NCBI GenBank assembly: GCA_023431185.1
Contig: JAEYXS010000078.1
Span: 43-64,042 of the forward strand
DNA: 64,000 nucleotides
DNA from: Verrucomicrobiota bacterium
GTDB taxonomy: Bacteria > Verrucomicrobiota > Verrucomicrobiia > Limisphaerales > JAEYXS01
Direction of reading: 5' to 3'
Position 1 is the first letter of the stretch. Each line of letters opens with the position of its first letter. Below are positions 1 to 9,816 of this stretch, one piece after another. Made by a program: the position numbers and the translations under genes. The notes below the pieces were generated by a model. It saw nothing but the letters and a program-made list of their open reading frames with translations, had not been told where the DNA came from and searched no databases.

Positions 1-143
1 ATAGCCCAGCGATTCATCGCTGGTTTCTTGCCGGCCCAACCGACCAGTCTCCCCAGAGACGAAAGATCGGTATCCCCAGATCATCTTGCTCGTCCTCGAA
101 TCTGCCGCTCCATCTTTCTTGGAGGCCGGACTTCGACCGGGAA

Positions 144-3100
144 CTAAGGTGCCTGTATCGCCCGATAGAACCGTCGGGAATTGGCTCCTGCTTCAGTATC
201 CACATACTGGATTACCCCGTCTTGGCCGGTGACGGTTTGCACGTCCACCCAGTTCACCAGATCGCTGGAAACTTGGATGACATACTTGATGCCCGGTTCG
301 GCCGCGAAGCCCGTACTGAAATTGCCGCCGACCGTCTTCGTCACCTCGTTGAAGGCCAGATTCGGCGCCGGCTTGACGGTCAACCGCACCTGACCCGCAT
401 CCCCGTTATAGCCATCCACCGCGATCTGATACGTCGTCCCCGCTATGGCATTAAGTCGCACCGTGGCATGGCGGGTCTGCGACTGCGGATCGTCATTACC
501 ACCCGCACTGACCAGCCCGTTCACCGCGCTCCCGGTATAGACATTCAGCAACGTATCGAAATCACTGCCCGCCGTGGTGATGAGATAAGTTCCGCTGCCC
601 GGTGCCGTCCAGGACCACCACACGGACTTGCCGCCCGCATTCCCCGCATGCACCGGTTCATTCGCCTCCTTCGTCGCGCCCACGCTCACGCCGGCCACCA
701 CATTGCTGCTGCCGGAGATCGTGATCCGATTGGCAAACAGGTCGTTAGCGGGGACGGGCGTCACTGGATTGACGAGGAGGACGGCTTCAACGCTAGTGGC
801 TGTTCCTACCGAATTGGACACCACTACCCAATATCGGCCCGCGTGGCTTGCTTGCGCGCTGCCCAAATTAAGTGTGGCCGTGGTTTTACCCGGCAAAAGT
901 TCTCCCTCCTTGTACCATTGGTACATTAAGGGGCCAGTGCCGCTTGCGGCCACGCTTAGGATGGCGGATTGTCCCGCTGTTAATGTCTGGCTTTGCGGTT
1001 CCGTATTGATGGTTGGCACGTAAAGCTGCTCCAAAAGGGCGACTGCATAGTCGTCAAAAACCATGTAGTTGTTTCCTGGCGACCCGGCGGTGCGCAGATT
1101 CCATCCCGCGTCGATATCTCCCAAGCTAAGATCGGCTCCTTTCGTGGTGATCGGCTGATTGCTGATGAGCAAAAATCCGTTGAGCGTGGCTGTCCAAGTG
1201 TTGTTTGCGAAATCCATATAGAGCCTCAGATCATAGACCAGATCGTTGCTGAAGCTATAGCCCGTGGCCCGGGATACGCCGTCGTCGAGCACATAGAAGA
1301 TCTCTAATGAGTTGTTGTCGAAGACGACTCGGAACAACTGTTCGGCAAATCCGTTATAGACCCCCCAACGAAAGGTATCCCACCGGCCGTTCGTGGAATC
1401 CACTATTTGCATCTGCGTGCCGAAGGCCACGAGCTGGCCTGCCTCCGGCAGGAGGTTGATGGGCCGGTACAGCCACAATGTGGAGTTGCCCGGATTGGGC
1501 GCGCTAAAGCCCACGTATGCCTGCTGGCCACGTCCAATGAACGCTTCATTGATGATTCCGTTGCCTCCGGTGCCGGACTTCAACCAACCGTTTTGTCCGG
1601 CCAGGCTGGAGCCCGTGGAATACCCTTCACCGGTTTCAAAGGAAGTCCCATAGACAAGCGTTGCCTGCACCAGTTGCTCGATTGCGAGCTTAATCTCTCC
1701 CGAGGCACCGTTCTTACCATCTACGGCGATCGTATAATACATCCCCGCACTGGCAAAAAAGGAAAGCTTGCTGGTGTTGCCGCCTTCCGAAGATTGATCA
1801 TTGCTGGCGATGGTCAAATTGTTCAGGGTGCTTCCGCCATACACGGCGAGCAATGTGTCAAAGTTGCTGCCTTTAGTGGATACCTCCACCAGGCCAGTCA
1901 CGGGGGCCATCCAAGTCCACCAGACGGAACGTCCGCCGCTGTTTCCGGCGTGATTGGGTTCATTGACTTCTTTGGTGCCCGCCACATTTGAGCCAGTGGT
2001 TTTTACCACGTTTCCACTGAGCAGAATCTTGTTGGCATAGTTGTCGTTAACCGGTTTGACACCTGTATCCAAAGTGAGATTTAACGTGATGCTTCCTGAA
2101 GCGGTGGTTCCAAAAAAACTCTGATACCCGTCCACCGCGATGTAATACGTGGTCCCGGAGACTGCATAAAAAACGACCTGACTGGTGGTTCCAGACGGAC
2201 CATCATCATTAGCGGTCACAAGATCCAGTTGTGTTGAGGCCGTGTAAATGGCCAGCAGGGTATCAAAGCTGCTGCCCGTGGTGTTGATGGTGACAACCCC
2301 GTTTGCAGGAGCGGTCCAATACCACCACACGGATTTGCCCCCGGCATTGTCGGCATGATCTGGTTCCATGCCGGTTTTGGTAGCGCCTATATTCGAACCC
2401 GTCACACTGGCGCTGGCACCCGTGATCTGAATTGCGTTACTGCCGCTGTCATTTGCAGGGCCAGTGGCCCCGGCTGAAAAGGTCAGGGTCAGCTGCAAGA
2501 TGCCGCCTGCTCCGTTATAGCCATCCACGGCGATGCTGTAAGTCGTGCCTGCTGTGACGCTGAATCCCGTTGTGCTGGAACCATCATTGTTCTCGCCATC
2601 ATCGTTGGCGGCCACGGGTGTTAAGGCGTTGAGCGAAGTGCCGGTGTACACGGCCAGCAACGTGTCATAACTGCTGCCATGCGTGGAAAGATTCACAATG
2701 CCATTGTCGGGTGCCTGCCAGTAGAACCACACGCTTTTGCCGCCTGAATTGCCGGCATGGAGTGGTTCGGTTCCTTCCCGGGTGGCGGAAAACGTGCTGA
2801 GGACTGCCGGGAATCCCCACGAGGAACCATTTAGAGAGGGCAGGGAAACGCGGTTGCTGAAATTATCGTTTGGCGGAGGCGTCAAAGACGTTTCCAGCTT
2901 CAACTCAAGTTCAAACGCTCCGCCGTCTCCTCCAAAGCCATCCACCGCAAACTGACAAATCTGGCCGGCGGTGACCGGAAAGGTCACGAAGCTCAAAGCC
3001 CGGGCGTTCGGAACAAGCGGGGTGAAGGTATCGTCATTGCTGACGATATGCGTAAGCGAGCCCAGGCTGTTGCCTCCATAGACGGCCAGTAACGTATCGA

Positions 3101-4988
3101 AAACAGCTGAGCGTGCGACGAGAAATACCTGCCCGCTGGCGGGCGCCGTCCAAGTATACCAGACGGATTTTCCACCCTGCACGTCCGCATGGAACGGTTC
3201 CGCCGGTTGTTTGCTGGCATGCAGGCTGGAGCTGCTGATGGTGAATTCTACGCCCGTTAACGGGGTGCGCTTTTCAAAATCATTGTTGGCGGGTGGCAGC
3301 ACCACGGGGTAGGTCAGGGTGAAATTGGCGGTCGTCTTGCCCGGAGCCGAGATGGAGACATTCAGGGTTACCGTTTCTTGAAAAGGTGGCACCCACAGGA
3401 GTGCGGTATAGTTGTCATCCCCGGCCACTTCATCCGGTGCCTGTCCATCGTTGACGAAGCTCAGGTTGGTGGAGCCCACGATATTTGCCGTGATGCTGGC
3501 TCCGTTGACGACGCCAAAGTCAGACACGGAGATCCGCAAGGGCATGATCGTGCCGCCCAGCAGTGTGGTTTCAGTCGGTGGATAAACCGAGATTTCCAAG
3601 TTTCCATCCGCCACGGAACTCACTGCATTGAACGCATTCACCCTTCCTCCAGTGGCAACCTTGGTCTGTAACCCACTTACTGCCACCGCACTGTTGAGGA
3701 TTGCCCGTTTCAGATCGCCTGCCGAGATGCCCGGAAAATGGGATAAGACCAAGGCCGCTACGCCGGAAACATGCGGCGTAGCCATGCTGGTGCCTTGGAT
3801 CGTTTTGTAGTCGGTATCTGAATCCTTCCAAGTGGAATAGATTTCCACGCCCGGAGCGGCAATGTCCACCGTGCTGGCTCCATAGTTAGAAAAATCTGCC
3901 AGTTGATTATGCCGGTCAATCGCCGCCACGGAGATGATGTTATCCAAGTCGTAACCGCTGGGGTAGGAAGGGGACGAGTCGTTGTTGTTCGCATCATTTC
4001 CGGCTGCCGCAACGAAAAGAACACCCCTGTCTCTCGCCCGGGCGATCGCATCGAATGTGGCTTGGTTGAACGGTCCGCCACCCCAACTGTTGTTCAGGAT
4101 ACGGGCTCCTTTGGAGACGGCAAAATCTATACACTTGATGGCATCGCTGGTCTTGCCGCCACCTTGCGCTGGTAAAAATTTACACCCGATCAGCTTCACC
4201 CGCCAGGCAACGCCGACATGCGGATTACCGTCATTGGCGGCGGCTCCGATGGTTCCCGCTACGTGGGTGCCGTGCCCTTGGTCGTCCATCGGATCACCAC
4301 TCCCGTTGATGGCATTGATGCCATAAACGTTGTCCACATAACCATCTTGATCGTCATCCACGCCGTTGTTCGGGATCTCGCCGGGGTTCCGCCACATGTT
4401 GGCGGACAGGTCTCGATGAGTGTAACGGATACCTGTGTCAATGACGGCCACAATCACTTCTGCATTTCCCGTGGTGATGTCCCACGCGGTTGTTGCCCCC
4501 ACGTCCGTGCCGCTCGTGCCCCCGCTCTGGCCCAGGTTGCGCAAGCCCCAAAGCCGTCCGTCCGTGAAAGCTTCATCACTTGGGGCGGCATGGGCATTCA
4601 CGAGATAGTCTGGCTCTGCATACTCAAAAAGCCCGCTCTCTTGCAGCGCTCTCAATCTGGTTGTCAGCTCCGCCTGCTGCTCCTTTGGGTGTTTGCGGGC
4701 AGGCTTGCCGCCCTGCAATGCCACATTGGGCCTGACTTCCTCTAGGATCACAAGGCCGGGAACCAGTGGGATATGAGTGCTTTCGGTCAGGTTCACCGAC
4801 TGCAGGACAGCCGCCTTGGCCGCCTGTAGTTGCCCTCTTGGATTCTTGTACTTCGCCAGAATCCTGCCGGGATCTACGGCATGGCCTTTGTGATAAACTT
4901 GAACCCCTTTGTCAGCCGCTGAAACGGTATATACGAACCCGATAACTGCTGCGCAAAGCCACCTCATCAGCAATCCATATGAACGCAT
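144..4988 (-). CDS. Giant secreted subtilisin-like (S8) serine protease with five repeat modules, a LamG-like domain, an Ig-like domain and a C-terminal tail
   Basis: ORF 144..5036. Position 5036 is a TTG; the first ATG (4988) gives the signal-like start 'MRSYGLLMRWLCAAVIGFVYTVSAA'. Subtilase triad motifs are present: 'VAVIDTGI' (Asp), 'GHGTHVAGT' (His), 'GTSMATPHVSG' (Ser). Downstream are repeated modules, an Ig-like stretch 'YQWYKEGELL...GRYWVVVSNSVG', and the ending '...RRFYRAIQAP'. Confidence 0.9.
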   Translation of the reverse strand: MRSYGLLMRWLCAAVIGFVYTVSAADKGVQVYHKGHAVDPGRILAKYKNPRGQLQAAKAAVLQSVNLTESTHIPLVPGLVILEEVRPNVALQGGKPARKHPKEQQAELTTRLRALQESGLFEYAEPDYLVNAHAAPSDEAFTDGRLWGLRNLGQSGGTSGTDVGATTAWDITTGNAEVIVAVIDTGIRYTHRDLSANMWRNPGEIPNNGVDDDQDGYVDNVYGINAINGSGDPMDDQGHGTHVAGTIGAAANDGNPHVGVAWRVKLIGCKFLPAQGGGKTSDAIKCIDFAVSKGARILNNSWGGGPFNQATFDAIARARDRGVLFVAAAGNDANNNDSSPSYPSGYDLDNIISVAAIDRHNQLADFSNYGASTVDIAAPGVEIYSTWKDSDTDYKTIQGTSMATPHVSGVAALVLSHFPGISAGDLKRAILNSAVAVSGLQTKVATGGRVNAFNAVSSVADGNLEISVYPPTETTLLGGTIMPLRISVSDFGVVNGASITANIVGSTNLSFVNDGQAPDEVAGDDNYTALLWVPPFQETVTLNVSISAPGKTTANFTLTYPVVLPPANNDFEKRTPLTGVEFTISSSSLHASKQPAEPFHADVQGGKSVWYTWTAPASGQVFLVARSAVFDTLLAVYGGNSLGSLTHIVSNDDTFTPLVPNARALSFVTFPVTAGQICQFAVDGFGGDGGAFELELKLETSLTPPPNDNFSNRVSLPSLNGSSWGFPAVLSTFSATREGTEPLHAGNSGGKSVWFYWQAPDNGIVNLSTHGSSYDTLLAVYTGTSLNALTPVAANDDGENNDGSSTTGFSVTAGTTYSIAVDGYNGAGGILQLTLTFSAGATGPANDSGSNAIQITGASASVTGSNIGATKTGMEPDHADNAGGKSVWWYWTAPANGVVTINTTGSSFDTLLAIYTASTQLDLVTANDDGPSGTTSQVVFYAVSGTTYYIAVDGYQSFFGTTASGSITLNLTLDTGVKPVNDNYANKILLSGNVVKTTGSNVAGTKEVNEPNHAGNSGGRSVWWTWMAPVTGLVEVSTKGSNFDTLLAVYGGSTLNNLTIASNDQSSEGGNTSKLSFFASAGMYYTIAVDGKNGASGEIKLAIEQLVQATLVYGTSFETGEGYSTGSSLAGQNGWLKSGTGGNGIINEAFIGRGQQAYVGFSAPNPGNSTLWLYRPINLLPEAGQLVAFGTQMQIVDSTNGRWDTFRWGVYNGFAEQLFRVVFDNNSLEIFYVLDDGVSRATGYSFSNDLVYDLRLYMDFANNTWTATLNGFLLISNQPITTKGADLSLGDIDAGWNLRTAGSPGNNYMVFDDYAVALLEQLYVPTINTEPQSQTLTAGQSAILSVAASGTGPLMYQWYKEGELLPGKTTATLNLGSAQASHAGRYWVVVSNSVGTATSVEAVLLVNPVTPVPANDLFANRITISGSSNVVAGVSVGATKEANEPVHAGNAGGKSVWWSWTAPGSGTYLITTAGSDFDTLLNVYTGSAVNGLVSAGGNDDPQSQTRHATVRLNAIAGTTYQIAVDGYNGDAGQVRLTVKPAPNLAFNEVTKTVGGNFSTGFAAEPGIKYVIQVSSDLVNWVDVQTVTGQDGVIQYVDTEAGANSRRFYRAIQAP
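1677..3296 (-). repeat. Four tandem ~130-aa protein modules inside the S8 protease gene (a fifth copy lies at 372..758)
   Basis: Each copy carries 'ND.F..R/A...L', 'EP.HA....GGKSVW..W.AP..G', 'GS.FDTLLAVY.G' and 'NDD...IAVDGY.G' (pre-peptidase C-terminal-like by eye). Confidence 0.8.
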
Positions 4989-5045
4989 GCGCTTTGGTAT
5001 GTTACGCAAAGAGTCTGTTTCAGGCCCATTGCGCAAGCAATCATA

Positions 5046-5077
5046 GTTTCAGCAGAAGCAGAAAAATATGCTGAAAC
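5046..5077 (-). terminator. Hairpin between the isomerase gene and the protease gene (possible terminator)
   Basis: Perfect 9-bp inverted repeat GTTTCAGCA / TGCTGAAAC with a 14-nt loop, 32 nt downstream of the stop at 5109. There is no clean T-tract. Confidence 0.35.
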
Positions 5078-5108
5078 TGGATTAGTTAATTAGGTAAAAA
5101 ACTCCCCC

Positions 5109-6050
5109 CTACACATCACACACCTTCGCCGCATGCCGCAGCGCCAGGATCGGATCATCCCACGTCGGAATAAACTCCTGCGCGACATAGCCCGTGTAGC
5201 CAGTCTCTAAAATCGCCCGCAGGATCGGCGGGTAATTGATCTCCTGCTGGTCATCCAGTTCGGCGCGACCCGGGCAACCGGCCGTGTGATAATGCCCGAT
5301 ATATTCCTTATACATCCGCAACCGCCGGATGACATCGCCATTCATGATCTGCACATGATAGATGTCGAAGAGCAGTTTGAAGTTTGGCGACCCCATCGCT
5401 TTCACCAGCTCGATGCAATAATCCACATTATCCCCGAAGTAACCCGGATGTCCCTTCATCGGGTGTGTGTTGTCGCGCGAATTCAGATGCTCCAGCACCA
5501 GCGTGATTTTTTTCTTCTCGGCGTGCTTGATCACCTGCTTCCAGCAATCGAGGCAGTTCTTCGCGCTTTGCTCGTTGCTGATGTTCGCCTCGCGCATGCC
5601 CGTGAACGTGATGACGTTCGGCGCGCCGACACTGGCCGCCAGATCGATGCGCTCCATCAGAATCTTCTTCACCTCCGCATGATAGGCCGGGTTCACGGGC
5701 CCTTTCGCGAAGCCATGACTGCCCACCAGCGAGATCTTCAGCCCCAGCTCCTTTACCATCGGATAATGCTCGGTGCCGATGCCTTCCATCGCCACCAGCC
5801 CGATGTCTTTGCAATGCTGGGCGAGTTCTTTTTCCGGCATGGGCTTGAAGCACCAGCCCATGATGGATTGCCGGATGCGCCCCTTTTCGACGCGATACTT
5901 CGGGTCCACCGTTGCGGTCGCGGGTACCGCATTGGCTTGCGGAGTGACGGCGGCCAGCCCGCCATAAGTGGCCGCCAAGGCGCTTGTTTTCAAAAAGTTA
6001 CGGCGGCTGGTGCCGGTGGCGGAAGAAATGTTCGATGAGGCAGTTTTCAT
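5109..6050 (-). CDS. Tat-exported xylose-isomerase-like TIM-barrel protein (hydroxypyruvate isomerase / sugar phosphate isomerase-epimerase family)
   Basis: ATG start. Twin-arginine signal 'TSRRNFLKTSALAA...ANA'. TIM-barrel motifs 'ITLVLEHLN', 'FKLLFDIYHVQIM', 'IGHYHTAG'. Confidence 0.8.
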   Translation of the reverse strand: MKTASSNISSATGTSRRNFLKTSALAATYGGLAAVTPQANAVPATATVDPKYRVEKGRIRQSIMGWCFKPMPEKELAQHCKDIGLVAMEGIGTEHYPMVKELGLKISLVGSHGFAKGPVNPAYHAEVKKILMERIDLAASVGAPNVITFTGMREANISNEQSAKNCLDCWKQVIKHAEKKKITLVLEHLNSRDNTHPMKGHPGYFGDNVDYCIELVKAMGSPNFKLLFDIYHVQIMNGDVIRRLRMYKEYIGHYHTAGCPGRAELDDQQEINYPPILRAILETGYTGYVAQEFIPTWDDPILALRHAAKVCDV

Positions 6051-6176
6051 AGCTGGGCGATAGCGGGAAAATACGACCTTTCCAGCAGGCTTGTAAACGC
6101 AAATGCACCCGGTTTCCCCGTCTGAGCGGTCTCAAAATGTCACAAAACGGGTTTTGACATCGAAAACTCTACGTCT

Positions 6177-6980
6177 ATGGTTCGCGGTTCATTTATGAAT
6201 CTGATTCATACATCCATCAAGCGGACGCTGGTCGTTGCCGGTATGCTGGCAGCGGTTTCCGGCGTGTTATCCACGAATGCCTTGGCTCAAGCACCGGCCG
6301 CTGCCGCTGCACCCGCTGTGGCGGAGAAGCCCGCCCCGAAATGGGAAGGCAGCGCCGGCCTCGGTGCCACCCTGACCCAGGGCAACAGCGACACGCTGAT
6401 GTTCACCGCCCGCGTGCAGGGCCTGCGCAAGTGGGACCAGAACGAACTGAACCTCGGCACGGACATCACCTATGGCGAATCCAACAACCAGAAGAACAAC
6501 GATTCCCAGCGCGTTTACGGCCAGTATAACCGGCTCGTCAGCGAACGCGCCTTCGGCTATGTGCTCGCGGACCTGTTGCACGACGACATCGCGGACGTGT
6601 CCTACCGTCTGAATGTCGGTCCCGGTGGTGGTTATTACTTCATCAAGCAAGACCGCATGATCCTCAGCGCGGAAGGTGGTCCGTCCTTCGTGTTCGAGGA
6701 AGTGGGCGGCCAGTCCAAGAGCTACGTCAGCGCGCGTGTGGCCGAGAAGTTCGAATACAAGATCAGCGACCGTGCCCGCCTCTGGCAGAAGGCCGAGTTC
6801 CTGCCGCAGGTCGATGATTTCAACAACTACCTCTTCAACTTCGAGATCGGCATCGAGACGGACATCACCAAGTCCGTGAAGCTCGAGTTCTACATCGTGG
6901 ACAACTACGACAACGAACCCGCTCAGGGCCGCAAGAAGAACGACATCAAGCTCGTCGCCGGTGTGAAGTACAAGTTCTAA
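6177..6980 (+). CDS. DUF481 (YdiY-like) outer-membrane protein
   Basis: Signal peptide '...VSGVLSTNALAQA'. Has 'GNSDTLMFTARVQGLRKWDQNELNLGTDITYGE' and a C-terminal 'VAGVKYKF', typical of DUF481 beta-barrels. An alternative ATG is at 6195. Confidence 0.75.
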   Translation: MVRGSFMNLIHTSIKRTLVVAGMLAAVSGVLSTNALAQAPAAAAAPAVAEKPAPKWEGSAGLGATLTQGNSDTLMFTARVQGLRKWDQNELNLGTDITYGESNNQKNNDSQRVYGQYNRLVSERAFGYVLADLLHDDIADVSYRLNVGPGGGYYFIKQDRMILSAEGGPSFVFEEVGGQSKSYVSARVAEKFEYKISDRARLWQKAEFLPQVDDFNNYLFNFEIGIETDITKSVKLEFYIVDNYDNEPAQGRKKNDIKLVAGVKYKF

Positions 6981-7001
6981 GCAATAATCTCAAATAACCA
7001 A

Positions 7002-7037
7002 CCCCGTTCCAGCAATGGAGCGGGGTTTTTGTTTTTG
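7002..7037 (+). terminator. Rho-independent terminator after the DUF481 gene
   Basis: CCCCGTTCCAgcaaTGGAGCGGGG hairpin followed by TTTTTGTTTTTG. A second small hairpin TCCCGCgactGCGGGA follows. Confidence 0.7.
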
Positions 7038-7088
7038 TTGCAGTCCCGCGACTGCGGGATGAGGAGGCGCTGCTCCTGATTTCGGCAG

Positions 7089-8033
7089 CTACGGCGCCAC
7101 CAGCGCCGCATACCTCAACCCGCGCGTCGTCACGCGCAAGGTCTGGATCTGGAAGTGATTTAGCACGGACTCATAGATGAGCGCGCCCATCAGCATCACA
7201 TCCGCGCGTTCCGGCGGCAGGCCGATGATCTGGCGGCGCTGGGCGAGCGGCAGGCTCCAGAGTTTCTTACAGATGGCAGAGACCTCCTGCGTGGTGAGCG
7301 ATAATCCCTCTATCTGTTCGCGCGAAAAATCCGACAAGGCCAGATGGATGCGGGCCAGGATGAGCGCCGCACCGCCTGTCCCGACGAGCAACGTCTGCGG
7401 ACTGCCCAAGGGCGGCAAATGCGGATGCACCACGGGTTTGACGGAATGCTCCAGCAGTTCATCCAGCCAGCGCTGGCAGACGGCGAGATCGTCCATCGTA
7501 GGCGGGTCAGCCGGTGGAAATTTCTCCAGCAAGCGGACGGTGCCTAATTGAAAACTGTGGTCGAACAGGCACTGGCCCAAGACGGTGACGATGAATTCCG
7601 TACTGCCACCACCGACATCCAGGATGAGCAGGGGATGCGTAGCAAGTGAAGCATCACTCAGCACACCGCGATAAACCCATTCTGCTTCCTGTGCACCGGT
7701 GATGACCTCAGTCTTGAGGTTGGTGTGCTCTAGGATGGCGGCCACCAGTTCCTGGCCGTTCTGGGCATCCCGCGTGGCGCTGGTGGCGATGACGCGGATG
7801 GAGGCCGCTCCCATTTCCCACGCCCGCGCGGCAAAACGCGTGACGCAATCCACCGTGCGGGCGATGGCCTCGGGGTGCAGGCGGTGTGATTCGTAAAGTC
7901 CCTGGCCCAAACGGGTCTGTTCCCCGGCTTCGAAAGCTGGGGTCACCGTGCCATCCGTGACATCGCCGACCAGCAGCTTGACGGAATTGGTCCCGATGTC
8001 GATGACGGCACGACGTGTGGGGGTGTCAGCCAT
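7089..8033 (-). CDS. Ppx/GppA-family phosphatase (short, two-domain exopolyphosphatase type)
   Basis: ATG start. Actin-like ATPase motifs 'AVIDIGTNSVKLLV', 'IRVIATSATRDA', 'LILDVGGGSTEF'. Confidence 0.85.
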   Translation of the reverse strand: MADTPTRRAVIDIGTNSVKLLVGDVTDGTVTPAFEAGEQTRLGQGLYESHRLHPEAIARTVDCVTRFAARAWEMGAASIRVIATSATRDAQNGQELVAAILEHTNLKTEVITGAQEAEWVYRGVLSDASLATHPLLILDVGGGSTEFIVTVLGQCLFDHSFQLGTVRLLEKFPPADPPTMDDLAVCQRWLDELLEHSVKPVVHPHLPPLGSPQTLLVGTGGAALILARIHLALSDFSREQIEGLSLTTQEVSAICKKLWSLPLAQRRQIIGLPPERADVMLMGALIYESVLNHFQIQTLRVTTRGLRYAALVAP

Positions 8034-8047
8034 GGGGAAACAAAAAG

Positions 8048-9034
8048 TCAGGCCAGGTTACGTCTGGCCAGCACGGCGCCGCCGGTGATGCCGGCATTGT
8101 CGCCAAGCTTGGAGGCGATGATCTCGATGCCCTCCGAGGTGCCATCCAGTGCGTAGTCGTGCGCGGTCTCGATGATGATTGCCATCATCTGGTCCTCCAT
8201 CTGCTCGATGACGCCGCCGCCCAGCACAATGGTGTCCGGATTGAGGATGTTGATGAGATTGGCCACGGCGATGCCCGTGTATTCGGCGGCTTCCTCGACG
8301 ACTTTCTCGACAAATTTATCACCTCGCTTGATGGCTTTGCGCAGATCACCGCTCTTCATCTCATCCAGATTATCCCCGAGCATCTCGGTAAGGACGGTCT
8401 TCTGGCCTTCCTTGATCGCGGTCTGGATGCGGCGGAAGATCGCGCTCCGGCTGGCCAGCGCCTCGAAGCAGCCTTTGTTGCCGCAGCCGCACTTGGGACC
8501 GCCGACCTCCAGCACCATGTGCCCGAGTTCACCGGCAGTTTTGTTGAAGCCGGAGTAGAGCTTGCCATTTATGATCAGCCCGCCGCCGATGCCGGTGCCG
8601 AGGAAGATGCCTACCATGTTCTTGGGTTTGCCCTCCAGTTCGGCCTCATGCACGCCGAGGGTGCAGATGTTGCAGTCGTTCTCCACGAAGACCGGGATGC
8701 CCAGATCTTTCTCCAGCAACTTTTTCAAGGGGACATCGCGCCATTGCAGATTGGGGGCGAAGATGACCTTGCCGCTTTCCGGATCCACCGCGCCAGGTGC
8801 ACCGATGCCGATGCCCTTCACCTGCTTGATGTCCAGATCGCCTTCATCAATCGCATCGCGCACGCACCGGGCCACCCGCTCGATGACCTCTTCTGGGCCG
8901 CGCTGGTGCTTGGTGGTCATCTTGGCCTGGCTGACGCACTTGAAGCCGCGATCAATGACGCCCGCGAGGATCTTGGTGCCGCCAAGGTCCACGCCGACCA
9001 CCAGGTTTTCACTTTTGCTCGCGGAATCCGCCAT
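8048..9034 (-). CDS. ROK-family glucokinase
   Basis: 'VGVDLGGTKILAGV', 'GELGHMVL', and the ROK zinc motif 'CGCGNKGCFEALAS'. Confidence 0.85.
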   Translation of the reverse strand: MADSASKSENLVVGVDLGGTKILAGVIDRGFKCVSQAKMTTKHQRGPEEVIERVARCVRDAIDEGDLDIKQVKGIGIGAPGAVDPESGKVIFAPNLQWRDVPLKKLLEKDLGIPVFVENDCNICTLGVHEAELEGKPKNMVGIFLGTGIGGGLIINGKLYSGFNKTAGELGHMVLEVGGPKCGCGNKGCFEALASRSAIFRRIQTAIKEGQKTVLTEMLGDNLDEMKSGDLRKAIKRGDKFVEKVVEEAAEYTGIAVANLINILNPDTIVLGGGVIEQMEDQMMAIIIETAHDYALDGTSEGIEIIASKLGDNAGITGGAVLARRNLA

Positions 9035-9052
9035 GGGAGTAGTTGGTTGGGA

Positions 9053-9814
9053 TTAACGGCCAGCGATGACTTTCCCGATGTGCTGTTGCAACTCGGCGTT
9101 GATGGCGTCCGAGGAGCGGTTGCCATCGATGATGGTGAAGCCGTAACTGGCCTGCAGCTTGGTGAACTGCTGGGCCATGAGCGCCTGATACTTCAGGAAG
9201 CTGTCGAACATGTCGCGCGAAAGGCCGAGGTCCATGCCGCTTTCCCAGTAATCAAGCGCATGGTTCTTGGCGAAGTTGCGTTGCACCAGTTGTTCCGGCG
9301 AGACGTTGAGATAGAATACGGCGTCCGGCTCCAGCGCGATGCCGTAGAGGTTCTTCAGCCACTTGTCGTCCATGCCGCGCACCATGTTACGCGCCATGAG
9401 CGTGTAGATGTAGCGGTCTGACAACACCATGAACCCGGCCTTGAGCGCCGGGAGGATCACGTTCTCCAACTGGTCGGCGAAGTCCGTGGCGTAAAAGAGG
9501 CTCAGGGTGGAGCGGCTGAGGATGTTGCCCTGCTGCGCCTGTTCCAATTCCTCGCTCACCAGCGTCGAACGTTTCAAACCGACCTGCACGGTGGCATGCC
9601 CGCAGCCTTCCAGCCATTCAACGAGCCGGTTGATCTGAGTGGAGCGGCCGGAACCGTCCGCGCCTTCCACGACGATGAGGCTGCCCGTGAGCTGCTTGAG
9701 GTCCACACGGGGGATGCCGTGACCGTAGAAGCGCTTGGCTTTGCGGGTCGGCACACGCACCTCGCTGGAGAGATGAGCGGGGGATTTGGCGGCGGTTTTC
9801 TTCTTGGTGGCCAT
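9053..9814 (-). CDS. Thymidylate-kinase-like P-loop kinase (paralog B)
   Basis: The ORF runs to 9832 (TTG). ATG at 9814 lies 2 nt after the upstream stop. P-loop 'VVEGADGSGRSTQ', 'SDRYIYT'. The lysine-rich N-terminal tail is atypical for Tmk. Confidence 0.75.
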   Translation of the reverse strand: MATKKKTAAKSPAHLSSEVRVPTRKAKRFYGHGIPRVDLKQLTGSLIVVEGADGSGRSTQINRLVEWLEGCGHATVQVGLKRSTLVSEELEQAQQGNILSRSTLSLFYATDFADQLENVILPALKAGFMVLSDRYIYTLMARNMVRGMDDKWLKNLYGIALEPDAVFYLNVSPEQLVQRNFAKNHALDYWESGMDLGLSRDMFDSFLKYQALMAQQFTKLQASYGFTIIDGNRSSDAINAELQQHIGKVIAGR

Positions 9815-9816
9815 GG

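Noticed and set aside
1-84. Possible 5' end of a minus-strand gene leaving the window ('MIWGYRSFVSGETGRLGRQETSDESLGY').
   Set aside because: Only 28 codons are visible and no motif is recognisable, so it cannot be supported.
14-205. 63-aa minus-strand ORF at the left edge.
   Set aside because: It overlaps the 3' end of the protease gene in another frame, and nothing in it is recognisable.
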